Of a stretch of 64,000 nucleotides of DNA, positions 20,578 to 30,659 are shown piece after piece. The translations under genes were made by a program, and so were the position numbers. The notes beneath the pieces are model-generated. The model did not search any database. It saw only the letters and a list, made by a program, of their open reading frames with translations, and was not told the origin of the DNA. The first letter of the stretch is position 1, and each line of letters begins with the position of its first letter. Source of the stretch: Minisyncoccota bacterium (lineage in GTDB: Bacteria; Patescibacteriota; Minisyncoccia; UBA6257; JAGOQP01); assembly GCA_041674185.1 (NCBI GenBank), contig JBAYWE010000004.1, forward strand, positions 186 through 64,185, read 5' to 3'.

Positions 20578-21298
20578 ATATTTTTTTGATTATATTTTTT
20601 ATTTCTTTTATTTTGACACTGACGGATCCGACAATAAATCCGTCTATGGTGTCTTTATAGTATAGAAGAGAATCAATGTTTTCACAATTGACACTCCCTC
20701 CATATATCACGGTAGGAATTTCTTGTTTTTGGGCACGAATATATAACTTCATACGATATATAACATCAGCTACATATTGAGGATCTACTGTTTGTGTACC
20801 CCCAATAGCCCAGAGAGGCTCATATGCATATATATAAAAACTTCCTTTTTTAATTGACGGTAAAAAGACATCTAATTGTTTCTTTATACTATGCCATGCA
20901 TGAGAAACTGTCGTTTTCTTAATCTCCCCGACACATATAATAGGCACGATATGTTCTTCTTGTGCCCGTTGTATTTTTTCTGCACTTTGTACATCTGTTT
21001 CCTTTTGATATATTTTCCTCTCTGCGTGTCCTATGATCGCATATGAGACTCCCGCCTTTTTCATCATCTGGGCTGAAAGTTGCCCCGTATATGATCCCTG
21101 TTTAAATTCTGAGATGTCTTGAGATCCAACCACTGGATAAACATTCCGCACTCGTTCTATAAAGAGCGCAGGGGGAACAATAATAAGCTCTCCTCGTTTT
21201 TTATCTACACAAGATACCATCTCACGAGCTAAGGCATCCGCTTCTTTTCCCGTACTGGGATTCATTTTCCAATTACATACAATGTATGGTTTTTTCAT
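20564..21298 (-). CDS. tpiA: Triosephosphate isomerase
   Basis: NWKMN, GHAER, AYEPLWAIG and YGGSV. Confidence 0.93.
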   Translation of the reverse strand: MKKPYIVCNWKMNPSTGKEADALAREMVSCVDKKRGELIIVPPALFIERVRNVYPVVGSQDISEFKQGSYTGQLSAQMMKKAGVSYAIIGHAERKIYQKETDVQSAEKIQRAQEEHIVPIICVGEIKKTTVSHAWHSIKKQLDVFLPSIKKGSFYIYAYEPLWAIGGTQTVDPQYVADVIYRMKLYIRAQKQEIPTVIYGGSVNCENIDSLLYYKDTIDGFIVGSVSVKIKEIKNIIKKIYGSY

Positions 21299-21309
21299 AT
21301 TTATATTTA

Positions 21310-21954
21310 TTATACCGATACTTCTCCAGAAGGAGAAGTTTTATTTTTTCTCTTCTTTCTCTGGATTAAAACCAGCACCCCTGCGCACACCATAAGGACC
21401 AATACTACATACTGCGCTTCTCTAAAATATATTTCAATACGGTGCCAATTTTCTCCCAAGATATATCCTGCATAGGTAAGCAGTATAGACCATACCAGAG
21501 AACCCGCGGTAGTAAACCATAAAAACGAAGACATTTTCATACGCGCCACCCCCGCAGGGAGAGATATGAAGGTACGCACTACAGGAACCATGCGCCCAAA
21601 AAATACTGAGGCATTCCCATACTTTTGAAACCATCGTTCTGCGGTATGAACAGAATGATCAGAAAACAATCTATACAAAAACTTATTTTGTTTTCTAGAC
21701 AAGATGATCCAACTTGCAAGATAGTATGAGATAATAGATCCTATAATACTCCCTATCGTTCCTGCGATAATAACACCCCATAAAGAAAGTACCTGTGTTT
21801 GTGCCAAGAAACCCGCGAATGGCATTGTAACTTCCGAAGGAATAGGAATATTACAACTATCAATAGCCATTAATAATCCAATGCCCATATACCCCGTTTT
21901 TGTAATTATGAAAATAATGACACCCGCGATGTATGCAAGAATTGAGTGAATCAT
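21310..21954 (-). CDS. DedA family membrane protein
   Basis: PIPSEVTMPFAG and FFGRMVPVVRTFISLPAG. Confidence 0.92.
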   Translation of the reverse strand: MIHSILAYIAGVIIFIITKTGYMGIGLLMAIDSCNIPIPSEVTMPFAGFLAQTQVLSLWGVIIAGTIGSIIGSIISYYLASWIILSRKQNKFLYRLFSDHSVHTAERWFQKYGNASVFFGRMVPVVRTFISLPAGVARMKMSSFLWFTTAGSLVWSILLTYAGYILGENWHRIEIYFREAQYVVLVLMVCAGVLVLIQRKKRKNKTSPSGEVSV

Positions 21955-22048
21955 GAGAATAGTATAAATGATAATGGAGAAAGGATAAAGGACAGAGAAA
22001 ATAAAAAGAAGGCGACAGCGCGCCTTCCTTTCTTCTCATCTAATGAAC

Positions 22049-22582
22049 TTAAGAAAAAGAAAAACAACTTATTACCCGGCTTTGGTTACCTTTAACTTTT
22101 GCCATCTTAGTAATTATGAATTCATCTGTAGCAGCTTCTGTTCCAACAATGTTTTTGCTTGTAGAAGTTAATAAATTTACTGAACCAACGTCTGCATTAA
22201 TTGCGCCGTTATTCTTTTGCACTATGGTATTGCCTTCAACTTTTTCAATAGTAGTTACCTGAGTTACCAATGTACCTTGTGTTATCATACCAGCTAGATT
22301 TTCTTGGTTGATAATTTCTTCAGCGATTGCTTCTACTTTTTCTACCTGTGTTGAGCTAGTTTTCTGTGTGATTAAACTAGTCATTTCACCAACTGCAGCT
22401 GTAAGATTTAAAGAAGACTGTTTTAACCCAACGTCGATATTAGCAGGGTCGAGAGTGGGAGTAATAACGATGTTAACAGTAACAGCAACTTTTTGTTGCG
22501 AAGCTTGTACTACCGGAGGCGTCAGAGCAAGACACACAACTAATAGAACAGGCAGAGCGAGACTACAAAGGGCTTTCTTCAT
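22049..22582 (-). CDS. Secreted hypothetical protein
   Basis: SD AAGGAG, signal peptide and its own terminator (22006-22029). Confidence 0.65.
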   Translation of the reverse strand: MKKALCSLALPVLLVVCLALTPPVVQASQQKVAVTVNIVITPTLDPANIDVGLKQSSLNLTAAVGEMTSLITQKTSSTQVEKVEAIAEEIINQENLAGMITQGTLVTQVTTIEKVEGNTIVQKNNGAINADVGSVNLLTSTSKNIVGTEAATDEFIITKMAKVKGNQSRVISCFSFS

Positions 22583-22780
22583 TTGTTTCTCCTTTCATTT
22601 ATTTTGATAATCCTCTCTCTTGAGAGCGATTTATCTATCAAATATCTAGTTTCAGTATATCGCATCTCTCATTTGAAAAAAATATCAAATCTGTGGAAAA
22701 CTCATCGAATCCAAAACCCGCCATACGGCGGGTTTTGGATTCTCATAACTCATGACTATCCCCTAGTCTCTAACAACTAA

Positions 22781-24310
22781 TTACTTGGCATACTCAACCG
22801 CTCGTGTTTCTCTTACTACAATAACTTTAATCTCCCCTGGATATTTCAATTCAGATTCAATACGATTTGCTACTTCTCGCGCTAATTCTAAAGCCCCAAA
22901 ATCATCAATTTTTTCTGGTGTAACAAATATGCGTAATTCCCGCCCCGCAGAAATTGCATATGCTTGTTTTACCCCATTAAATTGTCCTGCAATATTTTCT
23001 AATTCTTGCAATCGTTTCAGATAATTTTCCAATGTATCGCGTCGTGCTCCTGGACGAGCCGCGGAAAGTGCGTCAGCAGAAGCAACCACATACGCTTCAG
23101 GAGTTGCATAGGGAAACTCATCATGATGCGCTTCCATAGCTTGAATAACTCGCTCATCAATATTGTACTTTTTCAAAATTTTTCTTCCAATATCAACATG
23201 GCTTCCGGTTACCTCGTGATCAATAGCTTTTCCAATATCATGAAGGAGAGCTCCTCGTTTTGCGACGTCCACATTTAATCCTAATTCCTCCGCAATCATC
23301 CCCGCAAACAATGCAACCTCTACCGAGTGACGCAATACATTTTGTCCATAACTGGTACGAAAATGTAATCGTCCTAGAATTTGAATAATTTCTTTTGGTA
23401 AATCAAAAATACCAATTTCATATGCCGCTGCCTCAGCCGCTTCCTGCATCTTTTTTGTTACTTCCTGTTTCGCTTCTTCTACTTTCTCCTCAATTTTTGC
23501 AGGTTGAATACGACCATCCTTTATTAACTTTTCCAAAGATGTCTTAGCAACTTCACGACGGACTGGATCAAATGAAGAAATGACAATACTATCAGGAGTC
23601 TCATCAACAATAAGCTCCACTCCCGTTAATCGCTCCAGAGCCCGAATATTTCTTCCCTCTTTTCCAATAATTTTCCCTTTAAAGTCTTCATCGGGCAAGC
23701 TTACACTCGTGGTCGTAAATTCAGCTGCAGAAGAACGGCTATATCGTTGCATAACGGTAGTAAGAATCCCAATCATTTTTTTCTCTACTTCTTCACGACG
23801 TTGTTGCATTAATTTGGCAACATATTCAACAAGGTCTTGTTGGTACTTTTGTTCCACGTCTTTCAAGAGAGCCGCCTTTGCATCCTCTACCGATAAATTC
23901 GCCACACGTTGCAATTCTTGCCCAATACGCTCTTTTGCTTGCGTGACAAATTCTTTTGCTTCAGTTAATTTTTGTAAATCTGTTTGAATTTGTTTTTCTT
24001 TATCACGCAAATCAACCGCGTGCTGTTCAATGGATTCTTCGCGTTTTAACAAACGTTCCTCAATTTTATCTGCCTGAACTTTACGTTCACGCTCTTCTTT
24101 TTTTATTTCCTCCAAAATATGTGCGGCTTTCTGTTGTGCCTCAAGCACCACTTGGTTCGCGTTTATTCTACTTTCCTCTAACTGTTTCTTTATTTTTTCT
24201 TCAACCGACTGTGCTTGTTTAGAAACGACAAGGTGCCGCACTAAATACCCAAATATTGCACCCACCACTAAAGCAATGAGCGCGCTGATAATAATAGTCA
24301 TCATATCCAA
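22781..24310 (-). CDS. rny: Ribonuclease Y
   Basis: TM, coiled coil, KH domain (IIGKEGRNIR), HD domain (LLHDIGK) and C-terminal YPGEIKV. Confidence 0.96.
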   Translation of the reverse strand: MDMMTIIISALIALVVGAIFGYLVRHLVVSKQAQSVEEKIKKQLEESRINANQVVLEAQQKAAHILEEIKKEERERKVQADKIEERLLKREESIEQHAVDLRDKEKQIQTDLQKLTEAKEFVTQAKERIGQELQRVANLSVEDAKAALLKDVEQKYQQDLVEYVAKLMQQRREEVEKKMIGILTTVMQRYSRSSAAEFTTTSVSLPDEDFKGKIIGKEGRNIRALERLTGVELIVDETPDSIVISSFDPVRREVAKTSLEKLIKDGRIQPAKIEEKVEEAKQEVTKKMQEAAEAAAYEIGIFDLPKEIIQILGRLHFRTSYGQNVLRHSVEVALFAGMIAEELGLNVDVAKRGALLHDIGKAIDHEVTGSHVDIGRKILKKYNIDERVIQAMEAHHDEFPYATPEAYVVASADALSAARPGARRDTLENYLKRLQELENIAGQFNGVKQAYAISAGRELRIFVTPEKIDDFGALELAREVANRIESELKYPGEIKVIVVRETRAVEYAK

Positions 24311-24437
24311 AAACTCCCAGATTCTTCCTCTGTTGTATCATATCACCTATGCGATATATATATTCAAAAATTTGGTTCCACGTAACACAAGAATTCATCT
24401 GGAAATGTGTTAGTTTTTAATAGCAATCGTATCTATA

Positions 24438-24466
24438 TACTACTCCCTCCCCCTGTGTGAGTCAAT
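24438..24466 (-). promoter_or_regulatory. Sigma-70 promoter upstream of the rny leader
   Basis: TTGACT-17 nt-TAGTAT on the minus strand. Confidence 0.55.
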
Positions 24467-24540
24467 CTATAATCATACTCCCTCCTTATGAGGATATATT
24501 CTCTTTGTAAAAAGAGCTCTGGGGCTCTATACTATGCTAT

Positions 24541-26088
24541 ATGAAACACACCGTCGTTCTCGTGGTTTTAGATGGATGGGGAATTGGGCAAGAGGATCAA
24601 TCAAATCCTATTCATAAGGTGAAACCAAAAACAATTGAATATATAAAACATAACTTTCCTTCTGGATCATTACAATCAGCAGGTATGTCAGTAGGACTTC
24701 CCTGGAAAGAAGAGGGAAATAGTGAGGTCGGACACCTCACATTAGGAATCGGTGGTATTATGTATCAACATTACCCTCGTATCAGCTTAGCTATTCAGGA
24801 CGGAACCTTCCAAAAAAATGAATCCATCTGCAATGCATTCAATCACGCACTCCAAAATAAATCACGTATACATTTTGTAGGACTGGTGGGACAAGCAAAT
24901 ATTCATGCTTCATTAGAACATCTCAAAGAACTCGTCGCTCTGGCGCAACAAAAACAAGTTCCCTACATACTTCATTTATTTACCGATGGACGAGACAGCG
25001 ATCCCCACGCTTCATTACAAACACTCTCACAATTCCCGCTTGATCATCTCGGAAGTATCGCGGGACGATATTATGCCATGGATCGTGATAAACATTGGGA
25101 TCTCACGCAACGCGCCTATCAAGCCATTACTGGGACAGGATCGTATATTCCCAGCACTGATATTCAAAAACATATTGAACAAGCATATGCAAAAAAATTG
25201 AATGATGAATTTGTATTACCGGTAGGTATTGGCTCTGCGGAAAACGCCGTACACGACAATGACGCTGTATTTTTCTTCAATTTCCGCGAAGATCGTATGC
25301 GACAACTCGGAGAAAGTTTTGTAAATCCATACTTTACTCAGTTTCCTACACAGAAGTTTACCAATGTGTATATGGCATCTATGACCCTTCTCCGTGAAGA
25401 CTTTACCATTCCTATCGCATTTCCTCCTGAAAAAATTCAAGGATGTTTGGGAAAAGTACTTGCTGAACAAAATAAAATACAGCTTCGCATTGCAGAAACT
25501 CAGAAATATGCCCATGTTACATTTTTCTTTAATGGATTAAATGACAAACCATTTCCGAATGAATATAGAGTTCTTATTCCTTCTCGTATGCTTCCTCGTC
25601 AGGATGATGATCCAGAAATGCAGGCACCCGCGATTACTACTCGCCTCTTACAAGCGGTTGAAGAAGAAACATTTGATTTTATTTTGGTAAATTATGCAAA
25701 CCCCGACATGATTGCACACACGGGAAACTACGATGCAACCGAAAAAGCAATTCGTGTGATTGATGAACAATTAGCAAAAGTAGTTACCGCGGTACTGAAA
25801 AAAGATAACACCACTCTCATTATTACCTCAGATCATGGAAATGCTGAACGTCTTTTTAACCCCAACACGGGAGAACCAGAAACAAAACATGACGCAAACC
25901 CCGTACCTGTTTATCTTATAGGGAAGAAATTCTACCGCCCCGTTGATGCATTACTCGTAAAGCAACGAGAACATATGACTATTGGGCTTCTGACTGATAT
26001 CGCCCCCACCGTATTAGAGCTTTTAGGAATCCAAAAACCTCCCTATATGAGTGGAGAAAGCTTACTAAAACAACTCTTGTATGGATAA
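24541..26088 (+). CDS. gpmI: 2,3-bisphosphoglycerate-independent phosphoglycerate mutase
   Basis: LDGWG, GNSEVGH, GRYYAMDRD, AETQKYAHVTFF, NPDMIAHTG and TSDHGN. Confidence 0.96.
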   Translation: MKHTVVLVVLDGWGIGQEDQSNPIHKVKPKTIEYIKHNFPSGSLQSAGMSVGLPWKEEGNSEVGHLTLGIGGIMYQHYPRISLAIQDGTFQKNESICNAFNHALQNKSRIHFVGLVGQANIHASLEHLKELVALAQQKQVPYILHLFTDGRDSDPHASLQTLSQFPLDHLGSIAGRYYAMDRDKHWDLTQRAYQAITGTGSYIPSTDIQKHIEQAYAKKLNDEFVLPVGIGSAENAVHDNDAVFFFNFREDRMRQLGESFVNPYFTQFPTQKFTNVYMASMTLLREDFTIPIAFPPEKIQGCLGKVLAEQNKIQLRIAETQKYAHVTFFFNGLNDKPFPNEYRVLIPSRMLPRQDDDPEMQAPAITTRLLQAVEEETFDFILVNYANPDMIAHTGNYDATEKAIRVIDEQLAKVVTAVLKKDNTTLIITSDHGNAERLFNPNTGEPETKHDANPVPVYLIGKKFYRPVDALLVKQREHMTIGLLTDIAPTVLELLGIQKPPYMSGESLLKQLLYG

Positions 26089-26217
26089 GTTTTTCTAGTA
26101 AAAATTATACTATACACCAAAAATAACCGCACATTATGCGGTTATTTTATATGTTTGACATTTCCGTATTTTAGTGATATAATTATACCAGAACATCACT
26201 TAAAAGGGAGAACAAAA

Positions 26218-26367
26218 ATGAGAAGTAGAAAACTTACATCTTTAGACTTATACGATATTAAAAACATAATCCTATTATCATTACTGGGAACAATCCTAGT
26301 AACTGTTGTGGGATCTATATTTGGGGATTGCATAAGATATATGCTTTCTCTTCCTCACTACTTTTGA
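26218..26367 (+). CDS. 49-aa small membrane peptide
   Basis: TTGACA...TATAAT promoter-like boxes, SD GGGAG, ATG 26218 and one TM helix. Confidence 0.5.
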   Translation: MRSRKLTSLDLYDIKNIILLSLLGTILVTVVGSIFGDCIRYMLSLPHYF

Positions 26368-26549
26368 TTACTCCTCGCTGTTGCAGATATATATTATCGC
26401 AACAGCACTTCTTTTGAGCTCATAATAGATTGTGATCTCAAATTAGGTAGCACATTATAATATATAAAAACAAAACTAAATTGTGAGGGAGAATAAGCGG
26501 GAGTCGAGTGATTTCTACTATATCTTCTTTACACAAAAAAGGAGTAGTT

Positions 26550-27011
26550 ATGTTAGATTACATTCATTTATCCATTTCCATACTAATCATTTTAGCAATT
26601 GGATTTATGTTTTGGATTTTCATTTTTGTCTGTAGAAAAGTAGCTGAGAGATTCAACCGAATGGAAGAATCCCTGAAACAGATAGCTGATTCAAAACGAC
26701 TATCAACCCTTCTTACTATTGAAGGAAAAACGAACCTTGAGATTTCCGAACAGGATTTTGCACCAAAAAAAGAGGTCGTAAAAAATACCATGATTCGTAT
26801 ACTAACAGAAAAAGAAAATGTCTACGGACCAAGTGGCTCAAACACGAATCCAGACACATGGGCGTTTTGTATCATATATAACTCTGGTTATGCAGCATTT
26901 ATTAGCTCAGATACCGCGAATAAAGCAAAACTTGCATTGACTCGTCCTCTTACAAACAACGATATTCCAGCTGCAAAACGATTTATCTCAACCTTAGTAA
27001 GAAATTTATAG
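26550..27011 (+). CDS. Single-TM hypothetical protein
   Basis: SD AAGGAG before ATG 26550; terminator hairpin 27035-27062. Confidence 0.65.
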   Translation: MLDYIHLSISILIILAIGFMFWIFIFVCRKVAERFNRMEESLKQIADSKRLSTLLTIEGKTNLEISEQDFAPKKEVVKNTMIRILTEKENVYGPSGSNTNPDTWAFCIIYNSGYAAFISSDTANKAKLALTRPLTNNDIPAAKRFISTLVRNL

Positions 27012-27101
27012 TTTTGTTTTACCCGCACTTTTGCAAAATCCCGCCACCAAGCGGGATTTTTTTATTTTCTAATCACTATCCACTAAATCCTATTCTCTCA
27101 T

Positions 27102-29519
27102 TTAGAGCCCCCTTCTCCCAAAATCAATTAATGTCTTAATAACTGAATCAGGGCTCAGAGAAATACTTTCGATTCCTGCTTCGGCAATAAATTCCGCGAA
27201 TTGAGGGATGTCTGAGGGGGCTTGTCCGCAAATACCAATATATTTACCCTCTTTACGACATAACTTAATGATATCAGAAATCATACTCGTTACTGCAGTA
27301 TCGGTTTCGTTGCTAATGCTACGAATACGTTCATTTCCATCCCGATCAATTCCTAATAACAACTGCGTCAAATCATTTGACCCAATACTCATACCATCAA
27401 ATATTTCCAAAAATTCTTTGGCGCGAATAATATTTGCGGGAATTTCACACATCACGTACACTTTCAAATCGTCTTTTAATAATCCCGCTTTTTTGATAAG
27501 TGCCTTTACTTTCATTCCTTCTTGCGGTGTTCTACAAAATGGCACCATCACCTGCACATTCGTCAGTCCCATTTCCTGACGCACCTTTTTTATAGCCATG
27601 AGCTCAAGTGCAAATGCATCAGCAAAAAGTGGATGATAGTATCGAGAGGCCCCTCGCCATCCTAACATAGGATTTTCTTCGTGAGGTTCATACAGATCTC
27701 CTCCGAGTAATTCTCTATATTCATTTGTTTTAAAATCAGAAAATCTCACAATGACTGGCTTCGGATAAAAAGCGGCTCCAATTTTTGCAATACCATAGGC
27801 AAGTGTATCAACGTAATATTGTGTCTTATCAACATACCCCACCGTACGCGCTTCAATCTCTTTTACTAATTTTGCAGATGTACTATCATGCGTTTGCTTT
27901 TTAAATTTTTCGAAATTAATAAGAAGGTTTGGGTGTATGCCAATTTCTGACGCAATAATAAATTCTTCACGCGCAAGTCCGACTCCGCTATTAGGAATGA
28001 ATGATTTTTCGAATGCCGTATCGGGAGTTGCAATATTCATCATAATCTTCACCTTCGGTTTCTTCAGTTTCCCAAGGTTGTGTTCTTTCTTGATAAATTT
28101 TAAATCTCCGGCAAAAATGACCCCTTCACTTGCGGTGGTGTCAATTGTAACTATATCTCCCGTTTTTATCTTCTGAGTTGCATTAATACATCCAACGACA
28201 CAGGCAATTCCTAATTCCCGAGAGATAATAGCCGCATGTGAGGTACGCCCTCCTTTGTCAGTTATAATCCCTGAGGCAATTTTCATAATTGGTTCCCAAT
28301 CAGGATCCGTCATGTCGGTTACTAATATCTCCCCTTTCTTAAACTGATGGATATCTTTGGTATCTAAAATAACCCGAGCCTTACCAGAGACAATAGCACT
28401 CCCTACTGAGGCTCCTTTCGTAAGGACGACACCATCTTGCGTACGTTTATATTCAGTGAAATAACTAAAATCTTTTTCTGCCTGAACGGTCTCGGGGCGC
28501 GCTTGTACAATATATAGTTTCCCCGTTTCACCATCTTTTGCCCACTCCGTATCCATAGGGGTCCATTTTTTATGGACGGCAGAATAATGCTCTTCAATGA
28601 GCACTCCCCATTTTGCAAGCGTTATAATTTCCTTATCATTTAAAACAAAAGCATTTCGATCTTTTTCATCAACAGGAACAATCTTTGTTGGCACTGATCC
28701 CGTCGCATAAATCATTTTTTGTTCTTTCTTCCCTAATTTTTTACTGATAATGGGTACTAATTTTTTATCAGCGAGAAGTGGTTTGTAAACAATATATTCA
28801 TCAGGGATAACTTCCCCTTGCACAATCATTTCTCCTAATCCCCACGTCGCATTAATATTTACGACATCTTTGAATCCTGACTCTGTATCTACCGTAAACA
28901 TAATTCCTGACACTCCCAAATCTGAACGTACCATTTTTTGAACCCCCACTGAAAGTGCTATTTCCGTATGAGCAAATCCCTTGTCGTGTCGATACGATAT
29001 AGCCCGATCAGTAAACAAAGAGGCAATACATTTTTCCACTGCAATAATTAAATCATCTCCCCCTCGAATATTGAGAAATGTTTCTTGTTGTCCTGCAAAA
29101 GAGGCTCCGGGTAAATCCTCTGCCGTCGCTGAAGAACGTACTGCCACATCCACATTGCGTTTATATTGTTTTTCCATACGCCTATATGCCATACGAATCT
29201 CTGCTTCTAAATCTTCGGGCATATGTGCAGATATAACAGCTTCACGAATAAGTTTTCCTACATGTTGTAATTGCTTGAGATCTTTGGTGTCTAATCCTTT
29301 GAGCGTCTGCTCTATAAAATCTTTTAAAACAACATCCTTCACTCTCCCTTCAGTAATGAAATGTCTATAGGCACTTGCGGTTACCACAAATCCATCAGGA
29401 ATACGAACTCCTTTTGGCTCTAAGTGTTGAAACATTTCTCCAAGTGATGCGTTTTTTCCTCCGACTTCTGGAATATCGTTGATCGTGATATCACGAATCA
29501 ATTTAATAAATGGTTTCAT
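27102..29519 (-). CDS. ppsA: Phosphoenolpyruvate synthase
   Basis: VGGKNASLGEM, AVRSSATAEDL, GGRTSHAAI, SIGSNDLTQ and GICGQAPSD. Confidence 0.96.
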   Translation of the reverse strand: MKPFIKLIRDITINDIPEVGGKNASLGEMFQHLEPKGVRIPDGFVVTASAYRHFITEGRVKDVVLKDFIEQTLKGLDTKDLKQLQHVGKLIREAVISAHMPEDLEAEIRMAYRRMEKQYKRNVDVAVRSSATAEDLPGASFAGQQETFLNIRGGDDLIIAVEKCIASLFTDRAISYRHDKGFAHTEIALSVGVQKMVRSDLGVSGIMFTVDTESGFKDVVNINATWGLGEMIVQGEVIPDEYIVYKPLLADKKLVPIISKKLGKKEQKMIYATGSVPTKIVPVDEKDRNAFVLNDKEIITLAKWGVLIEEHYSAVHKKWTPMDTEWAKDGETGKLYIVQARPETVQAEKDFSYFTEYKRTQDGVVLTKGASVGSAIVSGKARVILDTKDIHQFKKGEILVTDMTDPDWEPIMKIASGIITDKGGRTSHAAIISRELGIACVVGCINATQKIKTGDIVTIDTTASEGVIFAGDLKFIKKEHNLGKLKKPKVKIMMNIATPDTAFEKSFIPNSGVGLAREEFIIASEIGIHPNLLINFEKFKKQTHDSTSAKLVKEIEARTVGYVDKTQYYVDTLAYGIAKIGAAFYPKPVIVRFSDFKTNEYRELLGGDLYEPHEENPMLGWRGASRYYHPLFADAFALELMAIKKVRQEMGLTNVQVMVPFCRTPQEGMKVKALIKKAGLLKDDLKVYVMCEIPANIIRAKEFLEIFDGMSIGSNDLTQLLLGIDRDGNERIRSISNETDTAVTSMISDIIKLCRKEGKYIGICGQAPSDIPQFAEFIAEAGIESISLSPDSVIKTLIDFGRRGL

Positions 29520-29600
29520 AAAAAAGTTTTTTTCATTCTACCATATTTTTTCTCATAAGCATATAAAAACTGCGGCTCGTCACCGCAGTTTAGTAAAAAA

Positions 29601-30452
29601 TTAATATACATCACGTTTAATGAGATACATTTTGTCTTGATCACATTTTTTTAAGAAAGATGCATCATAAACAACGTCTTCTAAAATTTTTACAGACAAT
29701 CTACCCCTAACAAAGGAAATATCAATTGCTGTAGATTTTCCTGATGGATATTGAATACTATGGTAAAACCAGTTCCTTTCCTCTAGGCTAAAATACTTTC
29801 CCAAGAAATAGAGCATAAGACATGACGCAGGAATTGATAATCTTTCTATTTCTCCATCTTGCTTTTCAACAAGATCAACACCCCGCTTACTAAAATCAAT
29901 AAGATAATACCCCTTCCATTTTCTATAGAAGTCTTTGAGATCAAATACTCGCCGCAAACCTTCCGCTTCAGATTTATCTCTTTTATAAAGAGAGGAAAGA
30001 ATGGTGTCATCCTGACTGATAATATCTTCTTGAATCTGAGGAAACGTATATTCCTCACCCGAATCATTCTCAGGGATTTCAATCAAGCGGATGTCCCTCC
30101 CTTCTTTCTCATTCTGATCTTTTGCCCATAAGAGTGTCTCCTTAAAATATGGAATAAGATCGTAATTTAGACTTCTTATATTCTCCGAAGAAAGAGGTTT
30201 TTTGTAAAGAACGTGATTTTCTCCTAAAATTTTCTTCGCCATTTCAACGTTCTGATAAAACGGCAAATTAACAACTTTTCTCAACTCGTTTCGTGAGATT
30301 TCATCCCCATTTCCTATTACAAAACTCTTTACGAGATCCGAGATAAATCCGGACCCGAACAGCTTCTGTAATTTTTCCCTTTCATTAGACAAGGGGTTGA
30401 ATAGCTCGAGTAACTTTTGAGCTTGATTAAAGGTTCCCGGGTTGCTATCCAT
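29601..30452 (-). CDS. Hypothetical protein
   Basis: 283-aa ORF with SD AAGGAGG; no motif recognised. Confidence 0.65.
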   Translation of the reverse strand: MDSNPGTFNQAQKLLELFNPLSNEREKLQKLFGSGFISDLVKSFVIGNGDEISRNELRKVVNLPFYQNVEMAKKILGENHVLYKKPLSSENIRSLNYDLIPYFKETLLWAKDQNEKEGRDIRLIEIPENDSGEEYTFPQIQEDIISQDDTILSSLYKRDKSEAEGLRRVFDLKDFYRKWKGYYLIDFSKRGVDLVEKQDGEIERLSIPASCLMLYFLGKYFSLEERNWFYHSIQYPSGKSTAIDISFVRGRLSVKILEDVVYDASFLKKCDQDKMYLIKRDVY

Positions 30453-30568
30453 AGCAAGTCCTCCTTAATTAATTTATAAATGTTCGTTGGTGCGGGGGTT
30501 TTGTATATTTTTATATACCGTCCGCGTGTTTATACGCTACCACGTTTCTATAAAAAAACAATATAATA

Positions 30569-30603
30569 AAACATTCTCACATTCTTGAGAATGTGAGAAT
30601 GTT
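30569..30603. repeat. Palindromic terminator-like hairpin with a near-copy at 37101-37132
   Basis: ACATTCTCACATTCTTGAGAATGTGAGAATGT versus ACATTCTCACATTCTCAAGAGTGCGAAAATGT. Confidence 0.65.
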
Positions 30604-30659
30604 TTGTGATGAATTATTATCAAAACTCTAGTTTCTGATCCCTATCCCCTAATTCCTCC

